Below are positions 19,447 through 28,148 of a stretch of DNA of 64,000 nt, piece after piece. Position numbers and translations under genes: made by a program. Below the pieces are notes generated by a model, which was not told the origin of the DNA, did not search any database, and saw only the letters and a list, made by a program, of their open reading frames with translations. The stretch is from an uncultured delta proteobacterium (GTDB lineage: Bacteria; Myxococcota_A; Polyangia; Polyangiales; Polyangiaceae). The DNA lies in NCBI GenBank assembly GCA_963841435.1, contig CAWJCS010000001.1:32001-96000 (forward strand). Reading direction: 5' to 3'. Position 1 is the first letter of the stretch, and every line of letters starts with the position of its first letter.

Positions 19447-20028
19447 ATGAGCCAGATCCCCCGCGAGCCCGCGGATTTCTTCGAGCGCTACGTGCCCGAG
19501 CACCTCGCCAAGCTGGGCGGTGAGTTCGCCGGGCGCTCGTCTCCGGGGGCCATCGCCTTCGACCTCGGGTCGAGCGGGGCATGGTCCATCCGACTCGATG
19601 CCGGCGCCCTCGTCGTGGAGAAGGGGGTCCGTGCGGACACGCTTTTTCGCGTGTCGCTCGATCCGTCGGACTTCGAGCCCGTGCTCGTAGCGGGCGCCGA
19701 GCGGCTCGGTCTCGACGCCGGTCTGGAGCGGCAGCTCGTCGCCGTGCGGGCGCTCGTCCTCGACGAGGATCGACTGCGCCTCGTGCGAGAAGCAGAGGGC
19801 TCGCTCGGGCTCAGGCTCGCTGGAGCCGAGCGCGAGCATCGGCTCACGATCACGCTTGGCCCGGACGCGAGCGCGTCGGCGGCCGACTGCGAGCTTCAGT
19901 GCTCGCTCGAGGATCTCTGGGCCCTGCAGAGTGGCCAGAAGAACCCGTTCGAGCTCATGATGGACGGCAAGGTGACCATCACGGGCAACGCTCAGCTTGC
20001 GATGGTGCTCGGCGCCGCGCTCGGCTGA
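19447..20028 (+). CDS. SCP2 sterol/lipid-binding domain protein
   Basis: ADCELQCSLEDLWALQSGQKNPFELMMDGKVTITGNAQLAM is a typical SCP2 C-terminus. Confidence 0.8.
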   Translation: MSQIPREPADFFERYVPEHLAKLGGEFAGRSSPGAIAFDLGSSGAWSIRLDAGALVVEKGVRADTLFRVSLDPSDFEPVLVAGAERLGLDAGLERQLVAVRALVLDEDRLRLVREAEGSLGLRLAGAEREHRLTITLGPDASASAADCELQCSLEDLWALQSGQKNPFELMMDGKVTITGNAQLAMVLGAALG

Positions 20029-20065
20029 GACGTGCGCCCTAGGTCAGCCGCTCCTCGCGGCTCCG

Positions 20066-21181
20066 TCAGCGAATCGACAGCGAATCACCCTCGAAGGTGA
20101 TGCCGAGGGGGCGCACCACGACGCTGCGCGGCCCTTTCTCGACGTGCCCCGCGCGGAGCAACGAAAACCCTGCGCGCGCCGCAACGCCGATCGCTTTTTC
20201 CACCCCGGCCTCAGCCAAGTAGACCACGAACCCCGCGCCCATGTTGAACGTCCCGTACGCCTCGCTCGGCGGCAGATTCGCGCCCTCGACGAGCAGAGAC
20301 AGCACGGGCGGCACGTCCGGCAGCGTGTCGACGACGTAGCGAAGAGCCCGCGTCGAGCGCATGAATTTCCGCCATCCGTGCCCGGTGACGTGCACGGCGT
20401 AGTGAAGCTCGACACCGGCATCGAGCAGCGCCTCCACGAGCACGCCGTAAAGTGGCGTGGGCTCGAGCAGCGCTTCGCCGAGGCTCCGCCCCTGGGGGTC
20501 GCCTGGGACGGGCGTGCGATAGCCGGCGGGCAAACGCGTCGCAACGTCGCGCGCCAAGGTGAGGCCGTTCGTGTGAATACCGGTCGCCGGAGCGACCAGC
20601 AGCGCGTCGCCTTCGTCCACGCGCGAGCCGAGCAAGAGCTCGCTCCGTGCCGCGAAGCCGACCGCCGAGCCACCGAGCACGACCGCGCGTTCGTCGATGA
20701 TGCCCTTGAGGACCTGCGTTTCGCCTCCGCCCCACGCGCAATGGGCCGTTCGGCACGCGCCCTCCCAGCCGGTGACGAGGTCACCCAGCCGCTCCTGGTC
20801 GGCGAACCAGTCGGAGTGGCCGGCGCCCCAATACGCCGTGACGCACGTGGGGCGCGCGCCGAGTGTCGCGAGGTCGTTGAGCACGGTGGCCACCGTGTCG
20901 CGGGCGACGGCGTCGTAGTGGGTCTTTTTCGTGTACTCGCGGACGGCGTCGGCGACGAGATTCTTGGTACCGAGCGCCTCCGTCACGGTGACGAGGTAGC
21001 GGTCACCGAGGTCGACGACGTAGGCGCTCTCTCCTCGGCTTTCCTCGACCTCGCGGGCGCCACGCCGTTCGAGCTCCGTGCGCGTCCCGAAGGCAGCACG
21101 CTGGGCGAGCACCTTGCCGGGATCGAGGACGCCGTAGTCGACGCCGGCGGCGGCGTAGGGGTCCACTTGGGCGTCGGACAC
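20066..21181 (-). CDS. purM: Phosphoribosylformylglycinamidine cyclo-ligase (AIR synthase, divergent clade)
   Basis: YAAAGVD, EALGTK, VLNDL, GGET, GIHTNGLTLAR, HVTGHG, TFNMGAGF. Confidence 0.88.
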   Translation of the reverse strand: MSDAQVDPYAAAGVDYGVLDPGKVLAQRAAFGTRTELERRGAREVEESRGESAYVVDLGDRYLVTVTEALGTKNLVADAVREYTKKTHYDAVARDTVATVLNDLATLGARPTCVTAYWGAGHSDWFADQERLGDLVTGWEGACRTAHCAWGGGETQVLKGIIDERAVVLGGSAVGFAARSELLLGSRVDEGDALLVAPATGIHTNGLTLARDVATRLPAGYRTPVPGDPQGRSLGEALLEPTPLYGVLVEALLDAGVELHYAVHVTGHGWRKFMRSTRALRYVVDTLPDVPPVLSLLVEGANLPPSEAYGTFNMGAGFVVYLAEAGVEKAIGVAARAGFSLLRAGHVEKGPRSVVVRPLGITFEGDSLSIR

Positions 21182-21218
21182 GGCCGACTCTTAGCACCGA
21201 TCGGCGGCCAGCCGGCCG

Positions 21219-22538
21219 CTATTTCGTGCCCGGCACCGGCGGTAGCGGTGCCCAGCGCAGCGACTCACCGACCTTCGAGGTGACCTGCAGCGTCGTGAAG
21301 CGCTTGAGGGACATCATGTACATGCCCGCTTGCTGGTTGCGGGTTGAGAAGAAGGCGAGCAGGCGGCCGTCGGGGCTGCACGCGGGGTAGGTGTTCGAGC
21401 CCTGGCTCTGTGTGAGGCGCGACATGCCGCGGCCCTGCTCGTCCGACATGATGAGGTCGCGGCGATCGCCGCCCACCGAGACGGAGTAGACCATGCGAAC
21501 GCCGTCCTCGGTGTCGCAGAACGTCGGCGCCGAGGCCGAGAACCCGTTCGGTGAGACCGCCTTGCCTTCGACGTAGATGCGCTGCGAGCCCTGGTCGGCA
21601 TTGCCCCCGACCCAGGCGAGCTTGCCCGACGGGCTGAACACGGGGTGCGCTGCGAAATCCGTGGTCGAGGCCTTGACCATGTTGGTGCCGTCCGAAAGGC
21701 CCACGTAGATCGTGCTCTTTCCGCCTTCCGACACGGCGACGGCCATCTTCGAGCCGCTCTTGTTGAACGACACGCCGTACACCGAGCTCGTGAAGGGAAG
21801 CGACACGGGCTTTTCCACGCCGCCCACGAGCATCGCCAGGTGGAACGGGCCGTAGTTCTTGCTCACCGAGTAGTAGAGCGTGGCGTTGAGCCCGAACTCG
21901 GGGCTGATGCTCGTGACCGACGGATCGGTGACCGGCGAGAGGCCCTGCCCGTCGGCGTCCATCCGGAAAACGCGATGGTTCTTCGTCCAACGCGCCGAGA
22001 ACGCGAGCTGGCTCGCGAATCCGCCGGGGCGGCCCGTGAGCGCGCCGAGCAGAGCGTCGGTGATGCGATGCGCAGTCACGCGGACGTCGGCTTTGTCTAC
22101 CAGGAGCTTCTTCTGATAGACGGGGTCCTTGCCGACGTTCAAAAAGTAGGCGAGGCCGAAGACCTCGGATTTCCCGCCCTTTGGCCTTGCCGCGACCTTG
22201 ACGATCGCCTCGGCGCCGAGCGCCTGCCAGGCCGGCACGTCAACCGGATCATCGAACGAGTAGAGCCCGGACGGCGCCTTGGTGTCGGGGATCAGCTCGA
22301 ACAGGCCCGTGAGCTCGATGTCGCGCCGCACGACGGAGCGCACCACGACGTCTTCGAGCTCGGGCGAGAGCGAGGGGAGGATCGCGATGCGCGGCAGCTT
22401 CTCCGCCTGGTGTCCCGTGACGATGAACTCGCCGAGCTGGCTCTCGTCGGGGGGTGACTGGCCCGCGGGGACGGGCTGAGCGGCGACGGTTGACGCGCCG
22501 AGCAGGATGCAGAGTACGAAAAGTAAGCTTCGGGTCAT
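21219..22538 (-). CDS. tolB: TolB-like periplasmic beta-propeller protein
   Basis: Signal peptide MTRSLLFVLCILLGASTVAA; N-domain RRDIELTGLF, AHRITDA, LTGRPGGF; PD40 repeats (PACSPDGRLLAF); ATGA overlap with the upstream gene. Confidence 0.88.
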   Translation of the reverse strand: MTRSLLFVLCILLGASTVAAQPVPAGQSPPDESQLGEFIVTGHQAEKLPRIAILPSLSPELEDVVVRSVVRRDIELTGLFELIPDTKAPSGLYSFDDPVDVPAWQALGAEAIVKVAARPKGGKSEVFGLAYFLNVGKDPVYQKKLLVDKADVRVTAHRITDALLGALTGRPGGFASQLAFSARWTKNHRVFRMDADGQGLSPVTDPSVTSISPEFGLNATLYYSVSKNYGPFHLAMLVGGVEKPVSLPFTSSVYGVSFNKSGSKMAVAVSEGGKSTIYVGLSDGTNMVKASTTDFAAHPVFSPSGKLAWVGGNADQGSQRIYVEGKAVSPNGFSASAPTFCDTEDGVRMVYSVSVGGDRRDLIMSDEQGRGMSRLTQSQGSNTYPACSPDGRLLAFFSTRNQQAGMYMMSLKRFTTLQVTSKVGESLRWAPLPPVPGTK

Positions 22539-23434
22539 GGCTCTGCGGGTTCCTCTGGTGCGGGTTCGGGCTTCGGCTCGGGCTTGGCTTCCGACTTCTC
22601 TTCGCTCTTTGCCTCGCACTTGGCAGCTCGCCCGGAGAACGTCGGCCGCACGACGCTGCCGAGTATGTCTGGATAAAGGGGTGGTGGAGGCGGCAGCTCC
22701 GCTCCGATGACACCCTGCATGACGCTTTGAACGCGCGCGTCGAACACGGAATTCCCGCTCGGACGGACGACACTGAATCCCGTGACACTGCGATCGCCGC
22801 CGACGTTGGCCGCGACGGCGGCCGAAAGGGCCTTGAGCTGGTCGCAAGGTATTTCTCCGACGGGCGGCGTGAACCGCGCATTGAACCAGCTCAGGATCTT
22901 CTGCTGGTACTGCGAGAGGGCGCGTGCCTTCAACGGATCGACCTCCGTACCCTCTTTTACGCCGTCGGGCGCCCCTTCTCCCTCCACGGTGGGCTCGGCG
23001 TCGGGCGTGGCGTCGAGAAGCTCCTGGTCGACTTCTTTCGCGGTCTCGGCGTCGGGCGGCGGCGCCTCGGCGTCCTTCGCGAGCGGGGCCTTCGTGATGT
23101 CGTCGACGCTTTTTCCGGCGAGCGGCGAGGGGGCGCTTTTCTCCTGGAAGCGCTGCACCGGCGGCTGCTTCTTCCACATCTCCGGCAGCTTGGCCTTCAT
23201 CTTCTTGCCGCCGAGCTTGAGCAGCGGAAGCTCGTCGAGCACGGGAGTTACCTTGATCGGCATGGGGGGCGGTCGTTCCGCTTCGCGCGCCTTGATTTGC
23301 ATACCGCTCGTGCCGGCCGCAAGGACGAGGGTGAGCAAGGCGGTCTCTACGAGCAGCGTCGCCGCTCCGGCCAAGAAGACCTCGGAGGCCACGAATGTGC
23401 GCGGCCCGGGCGGAGTCGCGAAACCGGCGGCCAT
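22535..23434 (-). CDS. tolA: TolA/TonB-family energy transducer
   Basis: N-terminal TM helix, Pro/Lys-rich linker, TonB-C-like RPSGNSVFDARV; lies between tolR and tolB. Confidence 0.72.
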   Translation of the reverse strand: MAAGFATPPGPRTFVASEVFLAGAATLLVETALLTLVLAAGTSGMQIKAREAERPPPMPIKVTPVLDELPLLKLGGKKMKAKLPEMWKKQPPVQRFQEKSAPSPLAGKSVDDITKAPLAKDAEAPPPDAETAKEVDQELLDATPDAEPTVEGEGAPDGVKEGTEVDPLKARALSQYQQKILSWFNARFTPPVGEIPCDQLKALSAAVAANVGGDRSVTGFSVVRPSGNSVFDARVQSVMQGVIGAELPPPPPLYPDILGSVVRPTFSGRAAKCEAKSEEKSEAKPEPKPEPAPEEPAEP

Positions 23435-23437
23435 GCG

Positions 23438-23905
23438 CTAGGGCTTGGCTCCCTTCGCCGGCGGTGTGCTCGGCGTCGGGCTCGCGGCGGTATCCTCTTC
23501 GATCTCCGGCTCCACGAGCAGATTGAGTGACTCGACGCCGCTGTTGCGTGCGGCCGCGACCACGGTGGCGACGATGCCGTAGCGCGCTTCCTTGTCGGCC
23601 CGGATGTAGAGCTCGCGCTCGCGCTGAACGCGCGCATTTTCCTTGAGCGCCTCGTCGATGCGCGAGGTCACGTCGTCCTCCCCGAACAGCACGCGCTCGT
23701 CCTTGGTGATCGTGACGAGCAGCCGAGCGTCCTTCACGGGTGTCTGCGCGGCGTTGACCTCGGGCAGATCGATGCGAAGCCCCGTGGTCAAGAGTGGAGC
23801 GGTAACGATGAAGACGATGAGCAGCACGAGCATGACGTCGACGAGCGGCGTCACGTTGATGTCACGAAAGCCGCCCCGGCCCCGCCGCCCGACGGCGAGC
23901 CCCAC
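23438..23905 (-). CDS. tolR: TolR/ExbD biopolymer transport protein
   Basis: INVTPLVDVMLVLLIVFIVTAP, IRADKEARYG; GTG start at 23905. Confidence 0.92.
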   Translation of the reverse strand: MGLAVGRRGRGGFRDINVTPLVDVMLVLLIVFIVTAPLLTTGLRIDLPEVNAAQTPVKDARLLVTITKDERVLFGEDDVTSRIDEALKENARVQRERELYIRADKEARYGIVATVVAAARNSGVESLNLLVEPEIEEDTAASPTPSTPPAKGAKP

Positions 23906-23906
23906 G

Positions 23907-24638
23907 CTATTCCCCCCCGCCGACCGCCGGGAACGCCGGCTTGCGGCCGAGCGGCATGGGCGCTTCGGGGTGCTCGTCGTGCAGCATCTCCACCCAGCTG
24001 TCCGCCGATGCCGCGAGCTCATCGAGGAGGTCGCCGATGCGCTTGTCGACGAAGTTGTAGCCGATGGTGGCTGGAATCGCGGCGACCAGGCCGAATGCGG
24101 TTGCGATCAGCGCCTCACCGATGGCCGGTGCGACGACGGGCAGCGATGCGCTCTTCTCGACGCCGATGCGCAAAAACGCGTCCATGATGCCCCAGACCGT
24201 TCCGAAGAGGCCGATGAACGGGGAGGCCGATGCGATGCTCGAGAGCAGCGGCATGAGGATCGTCGCCCGCTGCTGCTCGGCCGCGATGGCGCGTTTGGCG
24301 ACCGCCGTCAAAAATTCCGTCTTCGCACCCTGAGTAGGGCGCCGCCGGCCCATCTCGATGACGACCCGCCCGCCCGGCGAATCGGCGTGACGCCGCGCGA
24401 GCGCCAGCAGGTCGCTCGGCAGCTCCGCGCTCGCCGCTTCGCGCTCGAAGGCCCGGTTGCGCGACCGGAGCCGGGCAATTTGCCCCGTCTTCAGGAACCA
24501 GATGAACCAGACGGCGATCGAAGCCGCCACGAGCACGAGCAAGACCACGAGCACCACCCCCGAGGTGTGCAACGCGAGATCGATGGGATCGAAGGAAGGA
24601 GGGGGTGTGCCCGAGGGGCTCGGGGAGGGCTCGTTCAT
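23907..24638 (-). CDS. tolQ: TolQ/ExbB (MotA family) proton channel
   Basis: ASASPFIGLFGTVWGIM, VVAPAIGEALIATAFGLVAAIPA. Confidence 0.94.
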   Translation of the reverse strand: MNEPSPSPSGTPPPSFDPIDLALHTSGVVLVVLLVLVAASIAVWFIWFLKTGQIARLRSRNRAFEREAASAELPSDLLALARRHADSPGGRVVIEMGRRRPTQGAKTEFLTAVAKRAIAAEQQRATILMPLLSSIASASPFIGLFGTVWGIMDAFLRIGVEKSASLPVVAPAIGEALIATAFGLVAAIPATIGYNFVDKRIGDLLDELAASADSWVEMLHDEHPEAPMPLGRKPAFPAVGGGE

Positions 24639-24655
24639 GTGTGCCGAGCAGCCTT

Positions 24656-25174
24656 CTAGTTCCCGAGCATTACGTCAACGCGTCGGTCCTTCTCCCAGCC
24701 AGCTTCGTCGGTTCCGGTAGCGTCCATCTCGCCGCGAGAGGTGGTCGCGATGCGCGCGCCGTCCATACCGGCATCCACGATGGCGCCCTTCACGTTGTCG
24801 CTGCGGCGGCCTCCGAGGACCATGTTGTACTCTTCGTCACCGCGCGGATCGGCGTGCCCGACGAGCCGCATGGTGCGACCCTTGAGCGGCCCGCTCATGA
24901 AGCAGGTGGCGAGCTTGATCAGGACGGCCTTGTCCTGTGGGCGGACGTTCGCGGAGTCGTACGCAAAGAACGCCTCGGAGTCCGTGATGCCGCAGGCCTT
25001 CTTGATGTCGTCGGCGATCGCGATGTTCGAACGCGTCGGTACATCGCCCGGCTTCTCGGGCTGAGCGACGGGTGCGGGCGCGGGTGGTGGTGGGGGGGCC
25101 TTCGGTGGCGGCGGCGGCTCGGAGCCGCAGGCGACGAGCAGACCAAGTGCGCAAAGGGTGGTGTGAAATCTCAT
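24656..25174 (-). CDS. pal: Peptidoglycan-associated lipoprotein (OmpA C-like domain)
   Basis: Lipobox LVAC; FAYDS, GHADPRGDEEYNMVLGGRRS, SRGE, DRRV. Confidence 0.88.
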   Translation of the reverse strand: MRFHTTLCALGLLVACGSEPPPPPKAPPPPPAPAPVAQPEKPGDVPTRSNIAIADDIKKACGITDSEAFFAYDSANVRPQDKAVLIKLATCFMSGPLKGRTMRLVGHADPRGDEEYNMVLGGRRSDNVKGAIVDAGMDGARIATTSRGEMDATGTDEAGWEKDRRVDVMLGN

Positions 25175-25361
25175 CGACGACCTCCTCGGAGAGCTTCCGG
25201 ATGCGTGTGTTGGGATTGGGGCCTCTATAACGCGACCTCGGGTTCATGCGAAGGCGTCGCGACCATTTTCGGGGCTCGAACCAGGGGCCGCGCCCGGCCT
25301 TCCCGGCCCGGGTGCCTCGATTTGGCCCAGGATCGGGGCGGTTCTGCCCCGTGCGCCGCGC

Positions 25362-25703
25362 TCAGGGCACGCGGCCCATGTAGGCCAAGAGGCCGATGGT
25401 GCCGGCGATGAAGAAGACGATCAGCACGAGGCTGGAGAGTCGACTCGAGCGACGGCGATTAGGCGTGCGCAACGTTTGGAGGTGCGCCAGCGCCAGCGCC
25501 GCGATGGTCGTGAGCTTTTGCTCGGCCAGCGCGCCGCGTGCATGGTCGCCCTTCATGCCGCGATAGCGCGCCGCCGCCTCCGCGAGGCTTTCGTGCTGGC
25601 GAGAATGTTCGAGGAATGCGCGATGGGCAGCCTCGTCGTCCCAGTGGTCGAGCACCCGCTTCCACAGCGCTTCGAACACCGGAGTGCCGAGGGGGTTAGA
25701 CAC
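25362..25703 (-). CDS. Hypothetical protein with a C-terminal TM helix
   Basis: WKRVLDHWDDEAAHRAFL helical domain; C-terminal LSSLVLIVFFIAGTIGLLAY; 8-nt overlap with the upstream gene. Confidence 0.7.
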   Translation of the reverse strand: MSNPLGTPVFEALWKRVLDHWDDEAAHRAFLEHSRQHESLAEAAARYRGMKGDHARGALAEQKLTTIAALALAHLQTLRTPNRRRSSRLSSLVLIVFFIAGTIGLLAYMGRVP

Positions 25704-26124
25704 CGATGCGCAGCTCCTGGGCGAGGCGTCGGGTGAGCGCGAAGTAGTCGCGCCGGCCGTAGGGCTCGTTCAGGATGTAAAAGTCCCGCTGGCTCAGGCC
25801 GACGCAGCCGAAACAATAGCTGCACCCGGTCAGCGACACACAGCGAATCAAGTACGAGCTCGACGAGCAGCCCTCGCTGTCCACGCAATGTTGGCAACCG
25901 ATCAAGCTCTTCGAACCCCGGCAATGCGAGCAGTCCGTCAGCATCGCGGAGCGGACGCAGAAGTGGCACCGCACGAGGCGTTCGGAGTCGCGGCAAAACG
26001 TCGAGTGCGAGCAGGCCGTGCAGCGTTCGCACTCCACGCAGGCGTCGTTGCCGCGCTCCCTGCCGAAGCTCGAGACGAGCTCGCGGAAGCGCGACTCGAA
26101 GCTCCTCGCGTCGAGATCCGCCAT
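25696..26124 (-). CDS. Cys-rich repeat protein (CxxC hexads ending CSYCFGCVGL...ILN)
   Basis: 16 Cys in a periodic CxxCxx pattern; terminal CFGCVGLSQRDFYILNEPY. Confidence 0.8.
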   Translation of the reverse strand: MADLDARSFESRFRELVSSFGRERGNDACVECERCTACSHSTFCRDSERLVRCHFCVRSAMLTDCSHCRGSKSLIGCQHCVDSEGCSSSSYLIRCVSLTGCSYCFGCVGLSQRDFYILNEPYGRRDYFALTRRLAQELRIGV

Positions 26125-26132
26125 CGGCGCCT

Positions 26133-26708
26133 TCAGCCCCTGAGCGCGCGGCGGAGCTCCGACGCGGCGCTGCGGGTCAACTCCTCTTCGGCCATGTCTT
26201 CGAGGCGGCGCAGGCGCTGATCGAAGACGGGCCGCTTGAGAGGAGCCTCCCGGGCAAGGATCTCGCGAAGCGCCTCGATGGCGTCGCGCGCGAGGCTCTC
26301 GTCCAAATGCTCGAGTAGCTGGAGATGAACGGCCTGCTCGCTCGGAAAATCGAAGCCGGCTTTGCGAAAATCGTCCGCGGCGCGCGAGATCGAGCCGCGA
26401 CCGTCGCTCGCGAGCAGCCGGTCGAGCAGCCGCGCGCGCTCCCGCAGTTTGAGGTCGTCTTCCGGCCGCGTGGCGACGACGATGCGTGCTGTGCGGCGTG
26501 CCGCTGGCTCGACGACGGCGCTCCCGTCGGAAGCAGGAGCTTGTGCGCGCTCGGCGACGGGGGGCGGCACATCGGCGGCGGGATTGGACGGTCGCGCCGA
26601 GGCACGCGGGCGCGCGCTCAGGACCTCCGGGACCACGACCTGCTTCCTGTCCGAGCGCGCCCGGCGTGAACGCCGCTGTCCGGCGCGGTTCGACCGCTGT
26701 CGCTCCAT
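26133..26708 (-). CDS. Hypothetical protein (Arg-rich disordered N-terminus, helical C-domain)
   Basis: Host-like ORF ending 8 bp upstream of the Cys-rich gene; AGG SD-like sequence. Confidence 0.65.
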   Translation of the reverse strand: MERQRSNRAGQRRSRRARSDRKQVVVPEVLSARPRASARPSNPAADVPPPVAERAQAPASDGSAVVEPAARRTARIVVATRPEDDLKLRERARLLDRLLASDGRGSISRAADDFRKAGFDFPSEQAVHLQLLEHLDESLARDAIEALREILAREAPLKRPVFDQRLRRLEDMAEEELTRSAASELRRALRG

Positions 26709-26783
26709 TCCTGCCTCGAAAACTCGGCGCTGCCCGATCCGGGGCGCTGCCGCGTCTACACTAGCGAATCCACTCTACATAAC

Positions 26784-27494
26784 ATGCAATCCTCCGCGCT
26801 GACCATCGACCCCCCGAAGGCTCACCTCATTTTCGCCCCGCGCCCGCGTTCGAGCCGGCATTTCGCGGCCTTTTTTTCCGCAGCTCTAGGGCTTGGCTGC
26901 TCGCCCGCGCGCGAGCAAGCGCCGGCCGCCCGCACGCCGCCACGCGAGGGAGCGACGGCGCGTGACGGCCCGAGCGACGCCTCGCCCAGCGCCTTCGACA
27001 TCGTCGAGCTACCGAGCGTGCCCGTGCGACTTCGCTTGCCGTCGCCGGCGCGCTGGCACGCGACGCGAGAAGGCAGCTTCACGGTGCTCGCTCGGCGCGA
27101 AAGCAACGAACGCCTGACGCTCCGCGTGTGGCGCGCAGCGCGTCTCGTGCGACCCGAGGAGTGCGAGACCGAGGCCCGCCGGCTTCGCTCGACGTTGCCG
27201 GTGGCCGACCCGAGTACGGTCGTCGATTCGCGCCGCATCGATGCGCCTGCCGGCTACGACGTACGCTTGGTGGTGGGCGTCGAGCCGTCTGCCGAAGGGG
27301 TGCACGGTTACGCGGTCGCCGTCGGAGCGGCGGTGTCGCGTTGCTACGCCGGCGTGTACGAGATCTGGGCGGGTGGTCCTGGTGCCGTCGAGCGAGTCGC
27401 TGAGCAGCTTGCCGTCATGGTTCCGGCGGTAATCGAGACGCTCGTCGTTCCGAAGGCGGACGAGCCCGGACAGACCCGGCCGACGCGAAATTGA
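26784..27494 (+). CDS. Hypothetical lipoprotein
   Basis: FAAFFSAALGLGC lipobox; exact start uncertain. Confidence 0.6.
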   Translation: MQSSALTIDPPKAHLIFAPRPRSSRHFAAFFSAALGLGCSPAREQAPAARTPPREGATARDGPSDASPSAFDIVELPSVPVRLRLPSPARWHATREGSFTVLARRESNERLTLRVWRAARLVRPEECETEARRLRSTLPVADPSTVVDSRRIDAPAGYDVRLVVGVEPSAEGVHGYAVAVGAAVSRCYAGVYEIWAGGPGAVERVAEQLAVMVPAVIETLVVPKADEPGQTRPTRN

Positions 27495-27650
27495 TTCGGA
27501 AGACGCTAAGGCTTCCTTTACACCACCTTTCGGGGTGATACTCCGTGGCCGTGAACCACGTGAGCGCTATGACCCCTCGACCGGATGGCCGACTGTCGCA
27601 CGGACGTCCTGCCGTCGAAGTCCAGGCGCACACGTCTGATGACATCGTAG

Positions 27651-28082
27651 GTGAAGATCGTAACTTACGCGCGACCAAGCGGGCGGGAGTCTGCGAACCC
27701 CAAATTGTCCGACGTACCCACTCGACTCGCTGATCACATCCGACAACTAAGACTCGAAACGGGTCTCACACAAGCCGAGCTCGCCGCGCGAGCCGGTGTC
27801 ACCGTGGAAACCGTGGCGCGACTCGAACGAGTGCTTCGCGGGCGATCGTCGGCGAATTCGAATCCCTCGCTCGAGACGCTGGTGCGTCTCGCATCGGCGT
27901 TGGGTGTCGAGGTCGCCGAGCTCCTCTCGGAGCCTTCGCGGTCACGGCCGCGCGAGGATCGCATCAGTATGATCCTGCGGACGGCGAACCCGGCAACGAA
28001 GCGTCGCGTGCTGCGTGTCGCCGAGGCGCTCGTGCGCGAGGACCACGCCGAAGAGCGGCCCGTCGCGCGTAAACGGCGCTGA
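27651..28082 (+). CDS. XRE/Cro-family helix-turn-helix transcriptional regulator
   Basis: IRQLRLETGLTQAELAARAGVTVETVARLER...NPSLETLVRLASALGV; the start may be TTG near 27705. Confidence 0.92.
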   Translation: MKIVTYARPSGRESANPKLSDVPTRLADHIRQLRLETGLTQAELAARAGVTVETVARLERVLRGRSSANSNPSLETLVRLASALGVEVAELLSEPSRSRPREDRISMILRTANPATKRRVLRVAEALVREDHAEERPVARKRR

Positions 28083-28148
28083 GCGAACGCGGTCGGACCC
28101 GCGGCCTCCCCGCGAAACCAACCGCGACGCGCCGGATGGCGCGGAGCG

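Noticed and set aside
22539-23177. N-terminal extension making TolB 652 aa
   Set aside because: It overlaps the tolA frame. The real start is ATG22538, which has a signal peptide and an ATGA overlap.
27517-27542. Sigma70 promoter TTTACA...GATACT upstream of the XRE gene
   Set aside because: The spacer is only 14 nt.
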